Source: Macrostomum lignano
Lineage: Eukaryota
Direction of reading: 5' to 3'
Length of the DNA stretch: 64,000 nt
Assembly: GCA_002269645.1 (NCBI GenBank)
Contig: NIVC01000152.1
Location: 434,001 to 498,000 of the forward strand
Shown piece by piece: positions 24,901 through 64,000 of the stretch. Numbering within the stretch: position 1 is the stretch's first letter; the number at the start of each line of letters is the position of its first letter. The position numbers and the translations under genes are program-made. The notes beneath the pieces were generated by a model. It was not told the origin of the DNA. It did no database searches and worked only from the letters and a program-made list of their open reading frames with translations.

Positions 24901-27900
24901 AAAACGATTGCACTGAAAAGTGTTATAGTGAACTATTAAATTAATCAAATGATGCAGGCAAGCTGTAAATAAAGGTAGAGTCAATTGCTGAATTGGGGCA
25001 TGGCCTTTTCAAACATGAAAGTACATGATTTAGTAAATACTACTTAGTAAAGCGCAAATCCATTTGTCAAATGGACTACAAAAAAGCTTTTGAATGACTT
25101 CAACAAAAAGATAATACATTAAGATTGACAGGAGCTACATAGATTTTTAGACAGACAATGATAGATTTTTAATTGGATGATTTTTAATTGACATCCAGAA
25201 TGGTACTTTGGAGGACCCATTTTCAAAGAACAAATGGTCAGCCAATTGCATACTACTTACAGTAGGAAGTCAAAAGTCTTACTAATTATAGTATACAAGA
25301 ATTACTTTGATATGAAAGTAATATGCTCATTCAAATAAGGTAAATGGAAAATACCATGACAAAGCCTAAGAATGGTACTCTAGCAAAATTTTTTTTACCT
25401 TTTTTGTCCTAATCCCCATATATCTGCATATATAGAACAGTATATGTGTGCAAAAATATCTAAAAATGTGGTGATAACAAAAATCTACAAAATAACACCT
25501 AAACACAAAAATTGGTTATGAAAAAAAGTTAGACATTTTGCTGCATATAACATGTTATTTTGCCCAAAAATGTCAGTTTTTAGTGTATTTGAGATATGAA
25601 AAAGCACCATTGTTCAGATGAAAAACTTTTTTATTACTTGCTCAATTTTCAAAAGTTTGGTATCATTTCACTCATGCTTGTAACATCCAGGGCTACAACA
25701 TGGCATGATTAAAAAAGAATTTAAAAAAAATTCTCACTGGACACCCTAAGTCCTTGTTTTATGATTATTTAAATAATAGAAATAGGCCTGCATATGAATA
25801 ATTGTGAAGCAAAAGTAAAGTGGTTTTAGTGTATCATGTTGTCTTATTGACTTTTAAACTATTCACACATAATATTGCAACAGTATAGTTTGACCACTAT
25901 ATGGCAGCTTCCAATTCGACTCTGCATTCATTGTCTGCAAAGATCTATGGATAAAGACAAATGAATTAGTCTACTAGCTATTACAGTCCTAGCCCTACCT
26001 CTTCCCTTTAGCTTTGGTTTATGATCATTTAATGGTAGAAATACATGTAAATGATTGTAAACCCAAGGTAATATATATCCAGATAGAGTTAGCACTACAG
26101 TAGGCTTATGTAGTAGAAATAGATTTTTGTAAGATAAAATAATATATGCTTTTGTCCTTTATGAGTTTTGTGAATAACAATAACTATATAGTTAGTTGCT
26201 ATTTATATTTGGGATAGTTGCTCCAGTCTAAAACTATATCACTGTCATACATATGCAACTACTGGCTGACCTTGCCAATCTGGTCAACATAAATTATGGT
26301 AGACCAGGGGTTAGTTGCAAAAAATACCCACTCAAAAAATAGAAATGTATTACTAATTTGATGACAAGGCATTTAGCCCTAATAATACAGTTATAGTTAT
26401 TCCTGCCATTTACCAAAAATTGTGTTAATTTTGTGCATGTATGTCACTAGTTTTCTTTAGTACTTAACTACCAAAAGCTTAATACTTCTAAAAAATATGC
26501 ACTATTATAAATTTATCTTTTTCTAAACTATGCAGAAAATAGTCTTTTGGCTTCCATTCATCTTTGCTAATCATTCCCAGCTTTTCCTCCAAGCCCTTTA
26601 GTAGCTTCTTATAAAAGTCACTTTTACCTTCATTTTTTTATTTTTGGAAAGGGGTTTATTGTCAAGCTTAAATATACTAGCATGGAACTACATATACCAC
26701 TTGAACACATTATTGCTTTGCTGCAAAGTTCCATTTATAGTATCTGCAACAAGCATTCAGATCTGTCATAATTTGTGTTGTAACCCAGGTCGGTTTGAGT
26801 GCCCAGTCCCGAGTACAATATAGGTTATATGTAATATAACAGGGGCAGTGACGCTCCGTCTAGTACGCGTCGGAGCGTATATAGATACAAGCAAGCGTGA
26901 CGACGCTCTGCGATAATAGGTTGCTCCGTCTGGTGTTGTGACACTCAGAGTTCGCGCTGCGGCTCGAGGTCAATCTCGGAGCGCAACAAAAACAACAAAG
27001 GGCGTGGGCAAAACCCAGAGTCACGCAATAAATACCAACCAACCCTGGGAGCCCACAAAACGAGCAAACTACAAAAAAGAGACTGGCCGCGGCGCCGTCC
27101 AGCCAATCAAAACCCCGCCAAGGGGGGGGGGAGGGGCCGCACCCGCGCCAAAGCCGGCCCGGCCGCAGTCAACCAGCCCTGAGCACGGGGCAGGGGGCAC
27201 AGCTGGGGAGGGGCACGCGCCAAGCCCGGCCGCCTGCCAGACCCTGCCATGCCCACCAACCCCCCTAAGCCAGCCCCAAAGTGCAACGCGCCCTTCTAAC
27301 CGACAAGGGCGCATGCATTAAACGACAAACCCACAAGAAATATAAAAAAGAATATTTAGTTTTTTATTTTTTTTGTTTTTTGGTATTGCTTCCAAAATTA
27401 TAAAAACTTACTTTGTATTACTTAAGTGAAGCACTGCTTAGAATACTTGAGTGTAACTAGATTTGAGCTAGCTAAATCAATGTTACACATACTTGACTAA
27501 TAGAAATTAAATCTGAAGTGTCTACTAGCAAAACTATATAATATACCTAAGGTATTCACTTGTTTTCTCTTTTAGATTGCTGGAATTAATGGACCAACCT
27601 ATGAAGAGTTCTTCAAAGAGGTATGAATGATAAATTCCCACATTTTCCATATTGATTAGGCTTTGTTTGGGGCAAATTATTTTATTGAATAGAGTTAAGT
27701 TCAAAGACACATTCAATATCATTTCTATTAGAATGAATATTCCTTCTGATTTATGTTAGGCACAAATGCTTGAACTTGTTAATACGTAGAACATGGTCAC
27801 ATGGACATCAGTTGTTTGGATTAAGGACTTAGTACTTAGAAAGTGTGTAGAAAGTGACAGTGTACAGTAGCCAATGATATTCACCGCATCGGCTGCAGCT

Positions 27901-30542
27901 CAGCACAGATGGCAGCGGCTGCGTCTCCGCCCAGGCTGCGGCCGCATTTCTCAAGCGCTCCGGCCTGTCCGATTCGCTGCTATCAAAAATCTGGGAGGTG
28001 GCCGACTTTGAGAAGCGCGGCCTGCTTGATAAGCAGGGCTTTTTCATTGCACTGAAGCTTATCGCACTGGTGCAGGCTGGCAAGGAGCCGCTGGTTGGCA
28101 ACCTTACTGTGCCCGTGTCTAGCCCAGCCATCAAGCCCGCCACCCCTCAGCCGGCCGCTTCTGTTGCGTCCGCTGTCGTTGAGCGCACCGCCGCCGTCTC
28201 ATCCGCTCCAGACGCAATTGTAGCGGCTGGGTCTCCAGCCAAAGTGCCAGTCTCTGTTATAGCCGCAGCTTCTTCGTCATCGTTAAGCTTGTCATCGACA
28301 ACATCGACAACTGCTGTCATGTCTGTTGCCGGCAGCGGTGGCGGCGGCTTCAGCGAGCAGCTGATTCAGCAGGCTGACGCCGCATTCTCTAGCCTTGGCC
28401 CCGAGGCCGGGGATCGCCTCCCGGGAGCCAAGGTGAAGCCCTATCTGCTGCAGTCCGGCCTGCCTACCGCCACCCTCGTCTCCATCTGGGACGCCAGCGA
28501 CGAGGACCGGGACGGCTGCTTGACGCGGCAGGAGTTTCGTAAAGCGTTCGCTCTTGTGCGCCAGGCTGTTGGCAGAGCTCTGGCTGCTAGGACTGCCGCT
28601 CAAGTGATGGCGGAGGTGAGTGACAGGTGGGAATGCCGGACTCGCTGAGGAACTGTTTCTGGGACTTATTCCCCAGCTTAAGGATCTGGGAGCTTGAGAG
28701 CTTTAATGTCTGCTGAGGAACTGGGGGTTATGGGGAATGCTGAACAACTGGGGGTTGCGGGGAATGCTGAACAACTGGGGGTTGCGGGGAATGCTGAATG
28801 ACTTGGGGTTGCGGGGAATGCTGAATGACTGGGGGTTGCGATGATTCTGACTAACTGGGGGTAGCGGGGAATTCTGAATGAAGGTGGCGGGCAATGCTGA
28901 GGAACTGGGGATTGCGGGGAATTCTGAATGACTGGGGGGTTGCGGGGAATGCTGAATGACTGGGGGGTTGCGGGGAATTCTGAGGAAGTGGGGGTTGCAG
29001 GGAATGCTGAGGAACGGGGGGTTGCGGGGAATTCTGAATAACTCGGGGTAGCGGGGAATGCTGAGTGACTGGGGGTTGCGGGGAACGCTGAGTAACTGGG
29101 GTTTGGGACATTGTTTGCTCAGAATACTTTATCCTACAACACAACCGAGTTCAGAGTGTTAAACTGAAATTGCCAAACAACCGCAGGTTGACACGGACAA
29201 AGACGGTATCGTGTCCGGCCAGGATGTCCGGCAGCTGTTTCTGCAGACCGGACTAGAGCCGGCCACCCTGGCCAGAATCTGGGACCAGGCGGACACTGGG
29301 CGCAGCGGCCGGCTCACTGCCGAGCAGTTTGGCTACGCCTGGCGCATGGTGCAGGCCGAGATGGCCAGCGCTGACGCATCCGGTGGACTGGCTGCCGCTT
29401 CAGTCGGTGTCACGCCGTCCGCGTCGATTCCATCGGTGCCGCAGCTCTCTGACGGCATTCTAGCGGAGGCTGGCCGAGTTCAACAGCGTCGCCAACAGGC
29501 TGAGGCCGACTGCACCCGTCTGGAGGCCGAGCTGCGGGCCCGCCGAGCCGAACTGCAGCTGCAGCAGCGGGAGGCGGATCACCTGGCCTCCGCCTGTCTG
29601 CAATTGGAGCAGCAGAAGTGCGAGGCCCAGCGCCGAGTCGAAGAGGTCGAGGAGCGCGAACGCAAACTGGCCGGCAGCGTTGACGAGTGCGAGCAGCGCC
29701 GGTCCGAGGAGGCCGCCCAGTTGGAGGCGCTCAAGGCGCGCCTAGCGCAGGACCAGGCCGGGGTTCGTGGTGCCGCCCAGGAGACGGAGCGGCTGCGCAA
29801 GGAGCTGACCTCGCTGACGCAGGAGGAGGCCCGGCTATCCGACTCTGCCCAGGGTGCCAAGAGCCGCTTAGCCGGTTTGGAGCGCGAGCTGGAAGCGGAG
29901 AACCGGCGCCTGGAGCAGGAGGCGGCTACGCTTAGCGCGCTGCAGCAACAGCTGGCGGACCTGGAGGCCGGCCGGCTGGCGCCAGACGATGTTGAAGCCG
30001 CCCCCGCTGCCGCCGCTCCCAGCGCCATTGCCGCCCCTGCCGCTAGCGACCCGTTCGCTGGAGGCGCAGCTGTGGACGATCCGTTCGGCGGTGGCGCCGA
30101 CCCGTTCCAGGATGCCGCTGTTGGTGGCAGCGGCGAAGGCGGCGCCGATTTCTTTGCCGACGATCCGTTCTCGGTGAAGCCGCAGTCCGGGGCGGCGCCG
30201 GCTGCCAGTCAGGACGATCCGTTCCGCTTTGACGCGGCCTTCGGTGGCCCGTCAGATTTCGCTGACGCATTTGGTGGAGGCGGCGGAGCTGCCGCGGCCT
30301 CGGCGCCGCCAGCCAACGACCCGTTCGGCGGCGGCGGCAGCGGTTTCTCCTGGCACATTGGCGACCCGTTCGCGCCTCCGAAGTCGTCTGGCCAGCAGAT
30401 GCCGCCCGCGCTCAGCGAGCAGGAGCAGGTGGTCTGGGCGACGGCGGAGAGCGAGCGAGTTGCTAAGCAACAGATGAGTCTCCAGCAGCGAGAAGAAGAA
30501 GAGATGCAGCGGGCGTTGCGGTTAAGCATGCACGAGCAATAG
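12967..30542 (+). CDS. EPS15: EPS15/EPS15L1-like endocytic adaptor (3 EH domains, coiled coil, 7 DPF motifs, C-terminal UIM region). Exons 12967-13005, 27576-27620, 27899-28615, 29187-30542; ~718 aa
   Basis: EH1 AAAAFLKRSGLSDSLLSKIWEVAD; EH2 LLQSGLPTATLVSIWDASDEDRDG; EH3 VDTDKDGIVSGQDVRQLF...IWDQAD; heptad region; DPF repeats; SEQEQVVWATAESER...EEEEMQRALRLS. All introns are GT-AG phase 0. Micro-exon 2 (IAGINGPTYEEFFKE) aligns with human LSSGNPVYEKYYRQ. Exon 1 (MSIEFIKSLSIIQ|gtaagg) is the least certain part. Confidence 0.9.
13437..17767 (-). mobile_element. Degenerate hAT DNA transposon (BED-finger transposase pseudogene) in EPS15 intron 1
   Basis: Imperfect 11-bp TIRs (TAGGGGTCAGA / TAGAGGTCGGA) and 8-bp TSD gtatatgc (13429-13436) / gtgtatgc (17768-17775). 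Transposase remnants at 16885-14738: BED finger (SIVWSFF..CLTC..STGSMRRHLESFHP), TCDLWS, LLRDRASNM, ETRWNST, hATC PPPTSILSERAFS. Stop codon at codon 5 and several frameshifts. Confidence 0.9.
13574..14165. mobile_element. 592-bp MITE with ~130-bp TIRs and 9-bp TSD (Mutator/MULE-like), nested in the hAT
   Basis: TSD taagttata at 13565-13573 and 14166-14174. TIRs begin GGCAGTGCTTATCCCCACGGTACCGT and are near-perfect over 13574-13705 / 14035-14165. No ORF. Confidence 0.9.
18764..19554. mobile_element. ~790-bp AT-rich non-autonomous DNA element (MITE), 17-bp TIRs GGCTCATTCCATATAAG
   Basis: Perfect inverted repeats at 18764-18780 / 19538-19554; flanking duplication catt (4 bp), or ccattg (6 bp) if the termini are shifted by one base; internal GTTACGACCAT motifs. 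Confidence 0.75.
21040..24837 (-). pseudogene. Decayed, intron-containing DDE/CxxH-type transposase-like gene with N-terminal coiled coil, RG-rich linker and C-terminal Spindlin-like Tudor module
   Basis: Fragments can be joined across stops, frameshifts and putative introns (24127-23624, ~23173-23133, 22558-22461, ~21910-21812): FLMTDRHVVNK, LFCGMHVIVNLA, ESGSQRLIRTVSKAF, FQGNRAYVIFSNGG, GCRALGVLDFLVIRPLW, DHLPDG, DNAHERxSFAVLDSTVRSKP, NGTSEWL, YGGLWLTVAE, RGRG repeats, FEVTFNETGPNEVFTYNLYNDYLDNDLHV. Element termini not found. Confidence 0.6.
28700..29105. repeat. G-rich minisatellite (GGGGGTTGCGGGGAATGCTGAATGACT-like, ~27-30 bp units) in EPS15 intron 3
   Basis: Direct inspection; fills most of the 571-bp intron. 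Confidence 0.9.
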
Positions 30543-32685
30543 TAGGCCGCTGCGGAGCAATTGCTATTAGTTATATTTACTCTGCTGATCCGGTATTCAG
30601 AGTTTGTATTCTAGTTCATTTCGTATTGAAGGTTAACAATTAGAACTATTATTAATGGGGTTTGCTCCATTTGATAATTATTTTATAAAACGTACATTAC
30701 TAACGTGAATGTACGAATTCACCTACGATTGATCGAATAATTTATTGCTGTATTCACTGGAAATTTAGTTTAATGAAATGCTATTGAATGATCAATACGT
30801 GTTTTTTTCACCAATTTAATAATTTTCCTATTGGCATGTAGGCAATTTTATAAGTCTGCTTTGAACTGGCTTGCAAACTCATTTTGTTGATTTATAGCTC
30901 CAAGAACAATCGTTTACCTGTGTATGTTTGCAATACATGCAGTTGATTACTCGTTAGTAAATAAATTATTGCTGCTAAATTTTCTGAATTGTTTATGCCA
31001 CAGAATCCAATGATTTCCTGCAGATTTTTTTATAGAGAATTTGTATTTTTGGTTCGTATAAATTGTTTATTTGTTAACAAGACTGTAATTAGTTGGAAAC
31101 ATGTGTAATTGCACAGCCCCTGAGCTTTGCTGTGCAGCAGCATGCAAGCATCATCCAGATGCCGCGACCACCTGGACACTATTTGTAGTTTTAGTTGATG
31201 AAGAAGGATCGGTCATGGCTCTTTAAGATTGTGCCCTCTGATAGAGAAATACGTAGTTGAACCCAATGCGGGTCTACAAGGGTAGCTGGACTTCAACCAG
31301 AACCAGTTCGACTTGTGATATGTTGGTCACTTTGCTCTGCTGTAAGTCGCTCTGCGGCCAGCCCCTTTGTCGCACGGACACGCGGTATACTTGCATCTGT
31401 TTGGCTCTTGTGGTGGGAATTAGCTTGAAGTCTCAAACGTCTGACAGATGCCTCACGACCACAGCCGTAGTTGGGCTCGTGAACTACATATAGGTTGCTA
31501 TTCACCCTGAACTTGTCCTGGCATTTTTCAATCCACTTATCTCTTTTGTAAGTCACCTGGCTACTGCGTACACAGTTGTACGCGATGGCATTGTTACGAT
31601 GGCCAGGATGCTCCGTTTGAGAGAATCGTTTGCTCCATAGATGTCTGGTGGCTTTTTACTTGCCTGGCGGTTGCTCTTGTTAGAACACAAACCCACGATT
31701 TTCCAGTTATTTAGTCGCTTTTATTTCTGAAATTGGTAGGAAAATTTATAATTCAACACAATAAACAGTTTTTTTAATACTCGAGTTTCATTCTCTATAG
31801 ACTAGAAGCTATATCGTTCTGAGCGCTAACTAGTGTCACGTCGACAGGAAAGGCCATATACGAGTACAACTGATGTTTGAGGTTTTTTATAATATCTGCT
31901 GCACAGCATTCGCAAATTAGCGGCGACCTTGCCGGTCTTGATCCAGCCTGTATATGCAAGCAAGAACTACTTAAGTAGTCCTTGTATGCAAGTCTGAAAA
32001 TTCGAGCTGGGATTGGAGTCCCTATTAAATGAGGACGATTATATCCGCTTGAGTTAGTTTGCAAAAATAGCAAAGACATTTATTTATATTATGTATTTAA
32101 CTATTTTGTAACTTATTTGGATAGGTATGTTGAATCAGACTTTGCGGACTTCAAAATTGCACAGAGGAACTCAGAGCAAAAACTTTTCGGGTTTAATTGG
32201 CGAGATAAAAATTAGCATTGAAAATATTGCGTCAAGGAATATTGAACAGGGGAAGGCGCAGCAGCAGCAGAAGGCTCTGTCGCGGGCGTATTTGATTTCT
32301 AAAATTACGTTAAGAACAATTTTCTATCTCCCAGTCCCAGAAGACCCGGCCCAGGCTTGCCAAGAATCAAAACTTCAGGCCTGAGTGCTATAAAAAATCG
32401 ATAATTGATCGCACAAATCATTGATTTATTATCAGAGGATGTCAGACTGTCACTGACTTTTGCAGGGGGGGGAGACCGTTACAACAGCAAAATCTGGTGA
32501 GTCTGCGACAATCGAGTGCTCAGGGATTATAAACAAGCGATATTATGAGTTCGAATCGATAATACTGGGGAATAAACACAGACAGACAGACACGTTCCAT
32601 GGCCGTCAGCAGCAGCTGCCGCCATCAAGGTGAACGATATAATTAATCGTTAGAAAATCCTAAAAACACCGTCACCAGTTAGTCA

Positions 32686-63505
<30,820 letters not shown>

Positions 63506-64000
63506 CTCGCCAGTGGCAGCAGGGGCGGCTGCAACTGTCGGGATCTGGGGCTGGGATCTGTGGGGAAGCGAGCCCGCTCAGTGTCAACCGCAGATGGCAG
63601 CCGGTCCAACTGTGCCCAACTGTCCAGGCATGCGGGATGCCACAATAAAGAGGGGGATTTCCTTAGGAAATTGAGTCGGCAAAGTTGAGGCGAAAAGAGA
63701 GAGAGGACGGAGGCCTCGGGAAGCTGCTAGAAGTAAAAGAGAAGCCCTCACTCTTGTTGCTATGCCAGTCTGACCGGCTCTTATCCTACCAGACCTCGCC
63801 TGCCAGCGCTCGCTCCCCCTTTCCTCGCCCGCTCTCTTCCTCCTAATTCTGGTTGGACAACAAATGCAAAAGCAGCAACTAGGGCTGATCCCTCTTCTGT
63901 TGCTGCTGTTGCTGTTGCAGAATTGAACCCCAACAGCTCTCCGACTTTTGCCGCCGCAGAAAAAGGTTGGAAGAAGATTTTCTGGTTGATGACAGCATTT

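Noticed and set aside
19928-25750. Candidate termini for the unclassified transposase element (taggtgt at 19928, acacccta at ~25748)
   Set aside because: Similarity is only ~6-7 bp with an indel and there is no TSD, so the ends remain undefined.
26776-26943. Possible solo LTR (TGTTGTAAC...GTGACA, internal ACGCTCCG/CGGAGCGT hairpin)
   Set aside because: No target-site duplication, no clear polyA signal and no second copy in the window.
3097-30529. Numerous overlapping or antisense ORFs over innexin, the orphan gene, the transposase and EPS15 exons
   Set aside because: Shadow frames of GC-rich coding sequence with no independent motifs.

Overview
Metazoan genomic DNA with spliceosomal introns, GC-rich alanine-rich exons, AT-rich intergenic DNA and very many long tandem repeats. 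This composition resembles the flatworm Macrostomum, which is an inference and not confirmed. Four host genes can be reconstructed: (1) a 3-exon innexin (- strand, 5564-3069, ~415 aa); (2) an intronless orphan single-pass membrane protein (- strand, 8956-7895); (3) an EPS15-like EH/coiled-coil/DPF/UIM endocytic adaptor (+ strand, 12967-30542, 4 exons, ~718 aa); (4) an 18-exon DPP4-family (S9B) type II membrane peptidase with an intact catalytic triad (- strand, 63505-32686, 850 aa). The 14.6-kb first intron of EPS15 holds a stack of DNA transposons: a degenerate hAT, a MULE-like MITE nested in it, a second MITE, and a decayed CxxH-type DDE transposase-like gene ending in a Spindlin-like Tudor module. 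Most DPP introns are filled by their own private mini/microsatellite. They also host a Penelope-like retroelement with a minimal hammerhead-ribozyme motif and tRNA-derived SINEs. An RTE-like LINE fossil lies at 1.4-2.2 kb. Most long ORFs in the supplied track between 36 and 63 kb are tandem-repeat artefacts.
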